A stretch of 64,000 nucleotides of DNA from Raillietiella orientalis (GCA_036172245.1 JAYWIR010000003.1:6510001-6574000), one strand, 5' to 3'. Counted from the stretch's first letter, positions 1 to 13,535 are shown. The notes: a model not told the origin generated them from the sequence alone. Translations and numbers: made by a program.

Positions 1-767
1 TTGACTGTTGCTGCTCGGTGAAGAAGGAGTGTGCATCAGCAAGGGTCAGTGATGACATTTTTTCAATGACCATGCTTCTTGCACTTGCCCCTGACCACCG
101 GAAGGGGATCTCTCAGCAGCAGCAGTTTCCCACCACCACAAGCATGGTGGACCCCCAGTTCTTCCTTTCTTCTTCTTCTTCTTCTTCTTCGGCCGCCGCC
201 CCTTTCCCTTGAAAGCTGCGGCAGCCAAACCGTCCCACACTTTTGGGGGAATTTCCGAGGGGGGGGGGGGGGGGGTTTCCCCTCGGCAAAAGGGTCGACC
301 AGGAATTTCCAAAATCGACTGGGAAGCGCTTTCCGCCCCTGCCGGAGCAGCACATGGTGGAAAGAGCTGCTGGCGTTCCGTGGACGGGCAGCCGTTCTCA
401 TGTAATCCCGTGATTCCAGCCTTCTCCTTGGACTCCCCATAAATGTGTTCCTCCTCGGCTGCCCCACCTGCATTCCACGACCAGGGCCTTGTGAGCTTCG
501 ACGAGCAATGTGTGGTTATGGTCGGAAGCATTGCTGGATGAATAGCACAGAAAAAAAGAATGCCTTCTTCCCTCGGTAAAAATTTCCCCGACTTTTCCAT
601 TAACGAAAGAAGACTCAAGTCGATTTACGGTACGTTTTTTCCCCGAATAAGCAGCATTCCATTTCTTTTTCTTTTTTTTCTCTTTCAAAAAGAAAAGGAA
701 AAAAAAAAAAAAAAATCAAGTCCATCCATGAGTTGATACACGTATATATGTACATGTGTACTTTCAG

Positions 768-3700
768 ACTGCTTGGACAATGGTAGCAACAAAAAGGCTT
801 TGCAAGAAGCTGAGAAAGTCTTAAAAAAGGCTCCTAACCTGGAGTGTGCCAAGGTACGCGAGTGTTTAGGTTACATCATGGCATTCCCATTTAAAATTAT
901 CTCACAAGTCAACATGTACATGAAAATGTATAGAGTAATCATAGTGTCGATTTGTTTTCGTAAACAGTAAAAGTTGTTCCTTACGCTTGTAACTGTATCT
1001 TCGAAAAATTGTTTCGTAATGTATTGTTCAATTTGATAGTCTAATCAATCCTTTGCTTTGGTTTGTTGGATTATAATGCGTTTGACACATGTTTCAACCA
1101 ATCATTCAATTTCTGGAGAGACTGCTTATGCAGATCACATGTTTTGGAACGTCTTTGTGTGAGGCTCTATCAGAGCCTTCGTTTCATAATATTATTCTGT
1201 ACTCAGGTATGCTCGATCAGTGAATCATAAGTCTACCATTTTCAAGAAATTTTGCCTGAAGCTTAACATGGTTACATCACAAATGTTAAGCTGTATAATA
1301 TGTCAACTTGTGTTCACCGAACCTTGGTTCAAAACTGTAAAACCATATCACTTGAATTCAACAATTCTTCTGAAAGAAGGATTGTCAGTGATGTTCATAA
1401 GTATGCAGGCAATAATAATCCACCTTTGTGTCATGAGTGTACTATGAAATCTACTTGTGCATGAGTCATTTTTGGATTGAATGTCTTTTTGAAATATTGT
1501 CCTTAATGCAGAGGCAGAAAAAAAAAAAGAAAAAAGCATTACAATAGATAAAGTTAGCAAATACTCTCAAGTGCCCATGATTCAGAGGCATTTATGAGTT
1601 ACATTATTGGTTACAGTTGCCTTTTTTGTTTTGTTTTGTTTTGTTTGCTTGTGAAGTTGAGAGCCTCATTTTGTAAACAAAAGTTTCAGACTTTAGCCAC
1701 CCACCCTCGACTTCAAGTATGTTTATAGCTTAGAAATCTAAGAATCTTGTTGCAATTGCTTTAGCAATATCACTAGTTGATTCGGTTAATATGCCTTTGT
1801 TCAGAAACGTATTAAATTTTGTTTGCCTGCCCAGAGAATTAGAAACTATTGTACGTAGGCACTTTCACTGTAATTTTTAAGCCATGTACTGTTCTCTGAA
1901 CTATAACTTGGAGAAAATGTGTGGGGTTTCAGGGTTTCCTTTGTAATACAGAAAAATTAAGGTTGCTTTTTTGTAATGTGGTTCTGTTGCTCTGTTGTTA
2001 GAATGAGTTGTTAGAATGGGTTCCATTTCACGAATAGTGATAAGGTCAGTCATTACATTTGAGAAGAGAATGTGCATGTGACTCTATGGGGATGAGAAGA
2101 AATGGCTGACTGAATGCATGAATACTTATTTAATTTCTGCAGTAGTTCATATTCGTCGTACGTCAAAGGTATACTGTCACAAAAGTACACATCGTATTTT
2201 ATTTTCATCATTGCAATCAACTTACAATGATGATCGCTGAGGTGGAGGAGGGGGGTTGCCACCCGGGTACGCCCAGGGCGTTGGAGGAGGGGGGGGGGGA
2301 ACAGACTGATCTGCAGGCGTTAAGGTTGACTTGTTTTTGAGCAATGTGGTTTCAGTCAAAAGAAAAATGAAGCAAACAATCACGGATTATAAAACGGAAA
2401 TTGTATTCTGGAATTTTCACATCAGTTGTGATTTTCATAAAAGAGTGAACAACAGTTATGTAATTAGATGTATATCTGAGTTGTAAACAAATAAGGGGGG
2501 GAAAAACCCATTCATTCAAGAGACGTTAATCTTAAATAGTTTGGTGATCATATTTTGTTTGAAGCATAACTGCTGATGCAAAAAGTAAACATCTTCATGG
2601 AGCTGGAAAAGCAGTAGTACAAGAACAAACTCTTGTCCTAATTATATCCGTATTGGTTTATGGATTAATTGGAAATATTAAATTGCTAGAGGAAAAATTA
2701 ATCTTATGTCAAGGTAGATTTAACGACTTGATTAGTTAACAATTGCTATCATGTGGAGACAGTTCCAGTTTAAGTAAATGAGTGTACTTCTAATGATTCT
2801 GCAGAGGTTTGGTACAAACGTTGACCACAGTTCTCGAGTTTTCATGTAAAAGAATGAAATTATCTCCAGTTCTCTTGTATTTGTTTTGTGTTAAGAGAAT
2901 TTAATTTACAGGAGATAGATTTTCTCTAGTCATCAACAAATTTCTGCAACATATTCACAGAACGAGTTGCTTGTCAAAATGAACGCTTGTATTGTAACAT
3001 TTGCTGCAAATTTGCACTGCAAGAAAAGATGTATTGGTAGCTGAAAACTGGACGGCTAGGGCATCACTTTTGACTATTGTACTTTGTTGTGGTGATGCTT
3101 TTAAATGACTCCATGTAGAAATGAACTGCATGGTTTCCCATTAGAATGGAAAAATATGAGAACGAAGCTGCTAAATAGTAAATGGTCCTGCACAGAACTT
3201 GTAGTTTGGCATGATGTGCTAGGAAGTTGACCTGTCAATCTGCTGATGCATTGCAACTATGCAGATTGTGATTGAGGATGCAGTCCACTTAATGACCGCA
3301 TCCTAAATCACAATCAGCACATCATGCTGGATGACAGCCCACAGGAAATTTTTTGTTTGTTTCTTTGTTCTTCTTTCTATTGTGAGCATGAGCATGTAAG
3401 TTGCAGTATACTTTTGTTTGAGACGTTCATGTGAGTAACGATATGTTCGTTAGGCATTAAGTTTATAAAAGGCAGAAACAAATGTTCTAATGTTTTTCAG
3501 GTTTTGAAAGCATTGTCTCTTTTTCGTCTTTCTCGTCAAAATGAAGCAACTCAGATTCTTACTGAAGTAAGAAACCATGTTCCCACTGATGACGCTACCC
3601 TTCAGGCCATGAGCATTTGCTATAAAGAAATGCACAAACGTAACGTAATTTTATTGATTTTTTTCGAAATACGAATTTTATGTGCAATTGGAATGACTGA

Positions 3701-6700
3701 TGTGTTCTTTTTAGCTGAATTGATTAGTGAATTGTATGAAGCTGTTTTGCAAAAGGAACCTAACAATGAAGAGTTCTTGACTCATTTATTTATGAGTTAT
3801 GTTCGTTTGGGACAGTATAAAAAGCAGCAACAGATCGCCATGATGTTGTATAAATTGAAGCCTAAGAATCCTTATTATTTTTGGGCCATTATGAGCATTG
3901 TGATGCAGGTTAAAATCAGTTACCATTTAATAATATAATAATTGATAACATGTGCATAATATCAGTGAATCATAAGTGTCACACATTTGTTAGTTACATT
4001 GGGACGCTAGACGAATTGTATGTAAAAATTGCGATAGAATGGATGATGATATCTCAGATCACGTGATTTTGTTTTTATTGTAAGGTGAAGTTTAATTATT
4101 GGTTATTTTCTGCAACCTACCACATGTTGAGTGTGTTTGTGAGGGGAGAATTTATTCACATTTCATCACCCTGATACCAGTACAGAAAAATTTCCAAACT
4201 TTACAGTTTATAAAGACTAAATCTACATGTAGCTGTTGCAAGTAATGCATGATTCATTGTTTTTATTTTGATGTAAATTGCAATAGCAGCACAGGTAATA
4301 TGAAGTAGGTTGTAACATGAACTGGTAACATTTTTGGTATTAGTGTCTTTTCGTTAACTGAAAATTAAAATGGAAAGAATAGGATATACATAGATACATA
4401 TCATTATGTATATGTACATTTATTGACGCACTTAGCTTGTGATTTTCTTCATGAGTTTTATAAAAAGTACAGAACATATTATAGCCTACAGCTTAAATTT
4501 TCCGAATTTACCTGAAGAATCTGGGTGGATTTCAAAAATCCAACAGAGTAGCATTTTTGAAGAAGGAAAAATCATCATTTATGCGTGTAAATTTTATTGA
4601 AGAAATTTTCTGAGGCTTTGTTTGAAAAAAATAAGGAATTTGCAGAAAAGATTTTGCAAAAACATTGCCTCAATCGTAATCACATGGTGTTTCATGACAT
4701 GAGCAAATGCTGACAATGTCTTAACAGGAGATACAGGTTTAGGCTAGGTTGGTGGGAAGTCCTTATACTTTAAAGTGTTTATTTTTTTCCACCAGCCTAT
4801 CAGAAAACCTAAGTCAGAAATCATTAGAAGCAGCTAAAGCTAAAGGGTCATGTGATGTTTGTTGGTAGAGTACATTAGCTCTTAAGCATGTCTTGAGTTT
4901 CATTCTGCTACTAGAGCTACTTGAGAGTACTTATATATCTGTTTGATTTTTTCGATTCTTGAGCGAGGGAGTAAAGAAAGTTAGGGAGTGTTTACAGAAG
5001 AGGAAAGCTGCTATTTCAGTAGAAAGCATTCAGAAATATAGCGAGGCAAGTGAATATGTGAAGGCTTTTGTTAATTGTTAATCAGTTTCTATGCTGATAT
5101 TTCATTTAAGAAATTATTAACTCCACTAGTGAAAAAAAAAAAAAATAAATGCATTATACAAGAAATAAGATACTCCAGTAACAGATTCCTATGTAAGTGC
5201 AAACAGTTGCAAAATTACCCTGTGGTGTGCACTTAATTTATACATTTGAGATGTGGAATGTATGAAATTTATACAGAACTAAGCACCATGTGCCCATGCA
5301 TGTTATCACACCTTTTGAGTGATTTAGGTGGAATGTTAAGTGTAGGAAGCTTTAGTACTAGAAGAACAAATGAAGAAAAGTGCTCTGAGAATATTGTTTT
5401 TTCAATCAGAGGGATGCATAAAATATTTGGCATGTTGGAGATAAGTGTTGATTGTAATGTGATAGCTTCTGTTCTGGTTAGTGGGATCGAACTGTTTTCT
5501 GGAGAAGTGCATGATATCCAAAGTAGAATAGATTAAGCATCATGCTTCTATGCAGATTGCACCATTGTGTTGCATGTAGATGAGCTGTTGAAATTTACAA
5601 GTAAATCAAACTCTTTGAGACTGCTAATTTAGAGCTTTAGGAATTCTCGATCTCAAACATGCTGTTCTTTCAAATCACATGTATGCAAACTAAAAGCAGG
5701 TTATGAATAGGCCGGTAAAAACTCCTCAACTTTGTAGGTATTGACAGACTTTAATGAATGACATCGTATGCACAATGGGTGTGACTGACAAGTTAGGAAG
5801 TAAAGCAAATTCATGGAAACGCACTGTTCCTCAGAAGCGTAGTTAGATTTTTTTTTCCTTTTTCTTTTTTCATTTCACAGTCTTTACGAGTAAGTTTTAC
5901 ACAACATTGAAAGCAGGTGCTAGAGTTTTTGAGATATTTTTTGATCAAGAATTTTTGGTGCAATGCAAGTGAAAACAAGTCAGTAAAATTCCTGGAATGA
6001 GGGGATACCTCAAGTTAGACTGATTGCATTGGATGATCATAAATAAAGAATTTAGAGAAAGATTAAGGTGCTGCACGTTCCTTGAAGGACTAAAATTGAA
6101 ATAATGTTATAATATCTTTTTTAAGAAAATTAGAAAAAGTTCCACATAAGGGAGTACAGTGGTAATGAAAGATTGTTCTGTTCGACCCAAAGTGGATATG
6201 GGATCATTATTTACAAATTTGGTGGAAAACCAAAGTGTAGACATTTATTATTATGGTTTGCTTAGGTAAATGTAGTCACTCATCAGCAAGTAAAATGATA
6301 CAAACAGATGAGTCAGAGGTAATCTCAAGAAAGGAATTGTATCTGATACTACTGCTATATGAAACATTTCTCGTTGTCAATTACTGGCGAGTTGATGTAA
6401 AAATTGTCAAGTTGATGGTACTACTTTGCAAATTACTACTAGTAACTTCTAAAGGGGTGCTTATTGAAATGGAGTGGATTCTGCATATATCAAAAGCAAA
6501 TATTAATCATTGAGACTAATCGGAACTTACATGATTGTGATCTAAAAGTATTGCCCACAATTTATTTTTAGAAATGAAATTTGAAACTTACATTTAGTGA
6601 ATACATTCATCCAACCAAGCAAAAAGTTGCATAAGCTTTTTCTTGAACGTTGTGGTTCATGTTGAAACTGCTGCGAACGTTAACAGTAGTCATGTCTTGT

Positions 6701-9700
6701 AAATAACAACGGTTTGTACATTTTCCTGGCATGCTTCGACAGTGATATTTTAATGTAGTGACCACACGACTCGGAGAGGTTTCATTGGTTTTAACCGTTT
6801 CTCTGAAAACACTTTATGAATGAGAAATGTGATGTAGTTCATTTAGGGGTGTTACTCAGTCATGTTTTTGTTTAGGTGCAACCAGGTGACAAACGCTCAA
6901 TTTTGCTTCCCTTAGCAGAACGCATGATCACGAAATTTGTGCAAGAGGACAGAATAGAAGCTGAAGCAGAGTTACATTTGTATGTTATGGTGCTTGAATT
7001 GCAGGTAAGGTTTTATGAAAATGAATGCAGAAGTGGCAGAGATTATATCAGTTGAATAGGGAAAGTATGAAGAAGCACTGAAAGTATTGGATAGTCCTCT
7101 GGGGGAGCAGCTGTTTTCAAATGAAAATTTTTTGCAAAACAAACGGCTGGAGCTGTTGCAATTAACAGGAAGATGGAAGGAATTACTTGTGATAGTCAAG
7201 GATTCGTTAGTCAAGGAGTAAGTCTAAACAGCTAGAGTAAAGAATGCTGAAAGTAGATTGTGCTCTCCAGCTCGGATTTGTGGAATCTGTACAAGGCCTA
7301 TTTTGCAGCAATATTTGAAAGGCAGTGTTTGGAAAGTCAACCTGACAATAATGCTATGCTATGTCATTTACAAGAAGCATCCCTCTTCCTGCATCAGCTT
7401 GCAGTGTTGGAAATGAAGAAACCATATCCTGCCAGAGGTCCATTTCTTGCCAAACTGGAGTTCTGCAAATTAATTAAACAGCATGACTTGGATTGTGGGA
7501 ACTTTACGTTTTTAGGTTGTGCATTGAGCATTAAGTCAACGGAACTTATGATGTGTGTAGGTTGTGTGCCTGCTGATTGCCTGTTGAATTATTTTCGTCT
7601 GTTCTGCCATAAGCCTTGCTGTTTTGGTGATATGCAACCATATCTGTTTTTACTAGAAAAGACTGATGTGCCTAATTTCCTGCAAAAGTTGGAATTGGAC
7701 AAGTGCCGTGTTGACCAATTCACTTCAGTAAGACAAACTGCTAAAATAATCATCCAGATTTTTTAATTTCAGGAATCCGAAATATTTAACCACCTCAACT
7801 GTTTGTATCTGCATCATTATTTGGGGTACTCCAAGAAACAAACTCAGGAAGAACAGTTTCAATTTTGCAACAGCCTGTTGCATTTTAATAAGCAAACACA
7901 ACATTTGTGTCCTCCTTCTACCAGTGAAGTCAGGTATTATACCCACGGACCACAGAGCATCTGACCTGTTTGTTTTCATGCACAGAAGTAGTGATGGATA
8001 CGTTATTTTGGCAGCCCATATTTTGTTTGATTTGTGGAAGGGTACTCAAATGGATTCTTACCTCATGTACTTGTGTGCCTGTTTGGAGGATGTGCTCAAC
8101 CAGTCTCCAGCGAACCATGTCATCAAACTCATTCTTTGCCGAGTGTACAACCTGATTGGTGCGTGGCAGGGGAATCCGCCTCCCAAGTAATGTGATTGCC
8201 AGGAGCCTTTGGTTGTACCTTAGAAGTTTTTGAAAAGCTGGATGTTAAGCAGATTCAGTTAGATACGCTGGGTCATCACGTAGCTCATCATGTGGTGTCT
8301 CTAGGTCATTTCCCAGCCTCAATTGCCGTTTTTGGTAACACATTGCGTTTCTTCACATCCAATTACAAAGAAGTAAGGCCTAATCTGATTTGTTGAGTGG
8401 GTGGCATGTTACCTCTTTGCAGAGCATGGAGCATCTGTTGTCAGCTTACAAGTTCGGTGCTTTCGGGAAAATCAAGGAATTCCTTGACCTCAGGGAAAGA
8501 ATCAATAAGTCTTTGTTATACCCTCTGCTTACAGTGGAGCGCATGTTGCTGGATTTGATCATAACTTCTTCTTCTCCATCAATGAGTGCACACGTGGCAA
8601 ATTACTTGGAGGTCATGTCAGAGCAGGACTGCTTGCCTAACTGGGAGAGCTTACGAGATAACCGTGATCTGCAGGTGTTACCATGCTTTGATCCTCCAGA
8701 GAGGTAGCCAAATGGGCACATTCTACAGGGCGCATATCAGGCTTCCCGCCTATATTTAAGGCAGGCTGCAATTAGCTTTGTTGAAGAATCTTTTGCACAA
8801 GAGATCTGCTACCTACAGATTCGCTATTGGATGTTACGCTGTTTGGTAGCTTCTATTCAGTTAGGGCTGACACAGTCTACCAAAGATAACATCCCGTCTC
8901 ATCAGGAGAGCTTACAGAGGTTATCCGACATGAAGTGTAATCTAGTTAGATGCTGGCATCATGCCAAGAACAGTAGCCTCGGCAAAAAACCAGGAATTTT
9001 CTTCCCTGGTCCCTATCCATCCCACTTATGGATGCTTGTTCAGGATGAATACCTCCAGCCAGTACTCTTGTTGCTGGAAGTCATTGAGAGTGCCGCCTTA
9101 CATTCAGAAGTGGAATTCAGTCAAGACGCTAGCATCATTTTGGAACAAATGACCATGCGTCATTGCCAGAAAATTGCAGATGCTAGCCTGTCTGATCTAT
9201 CTAATTTTCGTGTGCTCTTACAGTCCCTTGTATGTTTGGTAGAAGTGAGTAAGGATGTAACTGTGATTCTGTAATTTTGTGCAATTGCAGTGTTTCAGTT
9301 TTGTTGCAATTTTATGTGGAGTCATGTACGTCATGTTCCGACCAAAGATGGCAGGGATCAAGAAGAAGAAGAAGCAAAATAAGGAAAACAACAAACTACA
9401 GCTTGTTCGTATATTGCGTGTGTATGCCTCTCTTTGAAGTGAAATTTTTGCCCTACCAGTCAGATATGCTGAAATCATTCCAAAGTGTATTAAACCAGTG
9501 CCATTCTGCAGCAGAAGTCTTGGAGTCCAGTCTTAAAGAGTTCCAATCATCTTTACACTACGAATATCTCGAAGATTCTTTCAGATCGCTGCAAATAGGC
9601 GAAGACCTCGTTTCTACATCCAAAGTACTTTCTGGAATTCATTCCAGCTTTTGCGTTTCCTTGAAAGAAATTCATCAACTTCTACAATTAAAGATTAAAT

Positions 9701-9723
9701 ATTTTTCGTCCCTCAAATATTAA
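768..9723 (+). CDS. NAA25: N-alpha-acetyltransferase 25, NatB auxiliary subunit (psidin/MDM20 orthologue), 5'-partial. Exons: 768-853, 3501-3639, 3715-3908, 6876-7004, 7060-7217, 7271-7515, 7561-7727, 7773-7933, 7986-8158, 8203-8372, 8423-8703, 8761-9244, 9291-9404, 9460-9723
   Basis: Peptides LDNGSNKKALQEAEKVLKK..CAK/VLKA, PTDDATLQAMSICYKEMH, EEFLTHLFMSYVRLGQYKKQQQIAMMLYKLKPKNPYYFWAIMSIVMQ, LPLAERM..EDRIEAEAE, KPCCFGD, LDVKQIQLDTLGH and AYKFGAFGKIKEF match metazoan NAA25. All introns are GT-AG with consistent phases, giving about 921 codons in the window ending at TAA 9721-9723. The first coding exon was not found in 1-767. The 7516-7560 and 9405-9459 introns are the least certain. Confidence 0.95.
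5980..6480 (+). mobile_element. Highly decayed piggyBac-type transposase fragment inside an NAA25 intron
   Basis: Broken-frame peptides in piggyBac order: WNEGIPQVR (cf. LW..GIP.FR), EFRERLRCCTF (cf. RF.EILRCLRF), IWDHYLQ (cf. IWD.F..NC), VD..LGKCS (cf. VDE..FRGRCS), IVKLMV..ITTSNF (cf. VVK.LV..ITTDNF). Many stops and frameshifts; no TIRs identified. Confidence 0.45.
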
Positions 9724-9790
9724 TGCCAGTTGGTTCCCACGGCACCAGTAAGATATTAGACTGATTAGCCATATCGGAATTTTTTGACTT

Positions 9791-9796
9791 AATAAA
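9791..9796 (+). terminator. Probable polyadenylation signal (AATAAA) of NAA25
   Basis: AATAAA about 70 nt after the stop codon, followed by T-rich/GT-rich sequence at ~9850-9875. Confidence 0.6.
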
Positions 9797-10855
9797 ATTT
9801 GAGTCGTTCCTAACGAATTACTTTCCTTTCGAAATGGAGCAAACAAAGTATGTTTTTTTTTTTGTTTTTTTTTGGGGTGGGGGGGTGGGGGGCACAAAAG
9901 GAAGGCGCAGGGCTTTCCTGCCGATGTTGCGTAGGGAATTCCCTGATGCTCAGGTGGCTGGCCGCACCGTGCCATCCGCTCCATCCACTGTGTCCACGAA
10001 AAGCGATTGGTGGCGTGCGAGTGCCCCGAAGGCGACCGCCCGTCATGCGAAGATATGGAATGCGTGAAAGACGACACTGCGTGTCCGCGTGCACGGTGCT
10101 CGCTAAGGGCAGCCTCGGGGCGGCAGGGCAGAAACGCTTTCCCCACTTGGTTTCCATCCACGAAGTTTGTTTGTTTTTTTTTTTTGCCTTCCCCGCGTGC
10201 TTTCGACGAGGAACCGGTGGTATCACCGGCAGTCATCACGGGGAAACCGAAACGGAGGTTTCGAAATTCACAGAAAAAGAAAGAAGAGGCTCAAAGATCC
10301 GAAAATCGAGACCGCCGCCTATCTTGGGTTACGGTTTCTGGATCAGGAAGCGACGCTATCCTGGAAATTAACCGAGCACCGACCGATCTCTCTGCCAGAA
10401 GGGGTCGTCCGCCCGCCGCGTAGCATCCGTACGACTTTGTCTGCGTACACACGTGGGCTGGGCCGGTACTTTGGATGGAATTCGTCTTCCTCCCGCTCCC
10501 CTCCGTAGCTCTCGGAACGACGAGCGCTCCCGGGCTTTCAAGAAGTCACCGAGTTCAGGAGTACGCGACTCCACGAAGAGAAACACCCAGAGGGTCGTTC
10601 TATTCTTCACATGCAAAGCACATGATTTCGATACTCGAGAAAAGTTCCCGTTCTACTTTTGATTCTTCTTCAGCGTCTCGGATTTTTCCCGGGTGCCCTG
10701 GCAACCGGATCCGACAATTCGATGGTATGGATCCGGCAAGGGAATGCTGCAAGAAGTGTCCCCTGGTCCCGGGGGCACTTCTTTCAGCCAGGAGCGCGGA
10801 GAAGAAGTTGACCGTGACGGACTCCTCGCAATGCGAGAAGACACGGAACGCTCAA

Positions 10856-11493
10856 CCCCAGAAGGGATGTGACGCGACGACCCAAAATGACCCTCCGCCC
10901 TGGTCAGCGCTGCGACAGCACGCCGTTCCAGCTGCCTTCCGTATGGCCTGCAGCCGTGAGAATTGGTCGGTCTGGTTGCACTTTGTGCCCGGCTGTGCCG
11001 CCTACGACACCTTCTTACGCGTCACATTCGTACCCGTGGCCTCTCGTGATGAAATTTTCACACGAAGAGCTGACGAAGGGCGCTGCGAAGGTGCAATCGG
11101 GAAGGATTCGATTCATCTGATGAAGGCCGAGATGCAGACGGCGGAAATTCGGAAGCAGAGAGCGTGCAGGAGGACGAAATTCCAGCTAATGGATGTGGAA
11201 AACGTGAGCCCGATGCACGAAAGGAAAAAAGAAGAAGAAAAAAGAAGTCATTTGTTGGCAGAAAGGGATATCAATGGCATCGATCTCCATTTCACGCCAA
11301 ACAAACTCTCACCCTAAATGGAAATATGGCGGCGGCAGACGTGCCTGGACCGAAAGGAAACGCAAAAAAATTTGCCAAAGAACGAAAGGCACGGAAATCA
11401 TTTTGCAATGATGAAAATGACACACGCGGCTGCCGAGTTTTCAAACGGAAGAGGGAAGCGAACAATCGCGGAAGTATAAAGCAGCACACTACC

Positions 11494-11526
<33 letters not shown>

Positions 11527-12085
11527 GAAGAAGAAGAAGAAGAAGAAGAAAGGCACGAATGCGTGGCGTCCCCAAGAATCATGGATCGAGCACTTGTGAC
11601 CTTTGGCCTGAGCGGCTCGGGATTCCGGTATTTCGAGTAGCGACGACCGGGGAAAAGATTCCCATTCTGTGTAAGTCGCCTCCGGTTCGATGGTGGACCG
11701 ATCAGGGCCGAAAGGCAAGCTGCAGACGAGTTTGCAGCAACCGAGAGATCTGTGGAGTGGATTTATTAGTAACTGTCGCACTTCTTGCAGTAGTCCGAGT
11801 GAATGCACCCCGCTGTCCCCTCCGTTCGCGGGGACGCCGTTCGGCTTCCTCTTCGAGGAGGGAAGGGAAAAGTGCATCCGTTGCAAGAAAGTCCGATGAC
11901 GAAGGCCCTTATGTTGGGAGTGCGTAAATCACCTATAAAACAGTTTGTAAAGATCATTGTAATCCATTGACGTAAAGGAAAAAACGTTTGTGAAAAACTG
12001 TGGGATTTTTTACCATTTCGATTGGTGCCCCATGTGGCACCGCGTGACCATTCGTGCACAAAACCGTCACGTTACCCTTCCGGGG
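10856..12085 (+). mobile_element. Internally deleted, non-autonomous piggyBac-family DNA transposon (~1.23 kb) carrying a transposase pseudogene
   Basis: Left end TCAA|CCCCAGAAGGGATGTGACG (10852-10874). Right end CGTCACGTTACCCTTCCGGGG|TTAA (12065-12089). These form imperfect TIRs with a TTAA-type target site. Inside, across frameshifts: acidic N-terminus from ATG 11049, FVGRKGYQW..PGPKGNAK, GVPKNH..DLWPERLGIPVFR, KRFPFCVSRLRFDGGPIRAERQAADEFAA, RDLWSGFISNCR, then directly the C-terminal Cys-rich domain CIRC..CWEC..VCKDHC. Confidence 0.85.
11494..11550. repeat. Compound (GAT)n(GAA)n microsatellite inside the piggyBac fossil
   Basis: Directly visible trinucleotide runs. Confidence 0.95.
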
Positions 12086-12942
12086 TTAAACCTCCATCTC
12101 TTATTCCTCGGGTTTTCGAAGGGAGGAATGGCCGGCCGCCCCTGCTGCGCCGGGAGAATGTCCAAAGCTGCGGCGACCCCGAGCGATGATGCTGCCAACA
12201 CGCGCCCTGCAGCTTCTTGCGATAACAGCGCATCCCTAAGATCGCTACTACCGACCTACCAAAGGATGCAAACAAGGGAGCAACACGCGGATTTGTAATG
12301 CGTGTCGTCTTCGAGGACCTCTCGAAGACCGCCAGTAGGGCGCCCTGAAATCCAAAGTTTTTTTTTTTTTTTTTTCCTTTTCCTTTTCCCTCCCCCCCCC
12401 CCCTTTTTTTTTTGCTGTCCATTGCAATTTGAGGTTTTCTTCGATCCTTCCTTGCGACAAACGCACGTGCATCAGGCAGGATTTCTGGATGCGTGATCTC
12501 AACCGCAGTTCGTTGCCTCCCTGTTGTCTGTTCGGAACAAACGTTCCGATCATTTCCGAAATACGATCGAAGGCTGGGATGGCATCCCCAGTTTTCGATA
12601 GGTGCAGGCGCGCTCGACCCCCTGGCATCTTCCTGATCGTTCGCCACTGCGTTCTAGGGCAGAGAGAGCTTCCCCTCTTCATGGAGGGGACGGCTTGGGC
12701 AGCTCCCGTTCCCCTCCACCCCTCTCCCCCAGCGAAAGAATCGCCTCCACCATCGCCCCAACTCCACATCACGAAAGAGTCCGGAGTTGTGGTGGCAGTC
12801 CCGTTACCACGACGACGCTTCTCCAGTGCTGCTCCCTGCCACCACCACTTCGTGCGACAGCGCAATACCGTACAACCGCTTGACGCTGTTGTACGCCGCC
12901 AGGGGGCCCGTGTGATTCTTCGAGTTGAGGGGAGGGGGTGGG

Positions 12943-13535
12943 TGTACCTCGGGAGGGTGCCATCCTTGAATCCAGAAAGGGCTCCGGAGAAGGGAGTTCC
13001 CGTTCCTCTCGCGCCTGGGGAGGGATCCTCGAAGGGGAACACCTCCACCCTGGTTGTCTCCGAAGCGAACCTCTTCCTTATTCTCTCCGGAGGGAACCCG
13101 CAAGGGAATCGCTCCCGTTTCCTCCTATGAAGAGACCCACGAAGGGACGCTTCCGGAATTCCTCAGAAGGGCGGCGCTCCCAGAAAGGAGCAGCGCACTT
13201 CTTTGCACCTTGGAGAGGTGGTAACCCACCAACTCCATGGTACGAGACGGAGGACCCCCTTCGAAGGGGGGGGTTCCACTTCTTTGCGGAACCGGAGGGG
13301 AATCCCACTCCCTGTTTCTGTTTCCTGGAAGGACCTGGTGGTCGACTCCCATTGCCCCCCGGCCACTCATCGGTGGCATCCGGTTCGAACCAGTGCCTCA
13401 CCCGAATGAACAGTGGTCAACCAGCGTCATCTCGCGGGAGCAACTCGAACCCACGACGCACCCTCCCTCTCTCAGTGTCGATTCTTTCCGAGCATTCGAA
13501 CCCGCGACGCTTGGTTTATCACCCGGTCACGCAGG
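12943..13535 (-). mobile_element. Dispersed repeat copy 1, tRNA-derived SINE-like
   Basis: Colinear similarity to 26697-27335. Shared blocks: GAATCCAGAAAGG, GGTTGTCTCCGAAG, CTCCGGAGGGAACCCGCAAGGGAA, AAGGGACGCTTCCG, TTCCTGGAAGGACC, GGTCGACTCCCATTG, ATTCGAACCCGCGACGC. Minus strand has a B-box-like GGTTCGAAT at ~13494-13502. Boundaries are approximate. Confidence 0.75.

Noticed and set aside
1..700. Overlapping ORFs at the window start
   Set aside because: Low complexity ((CTT)n, poly-G); none encodes the expected NAA25 N-terminus (RRLRPIY). Treated as NAA25 intron 1.
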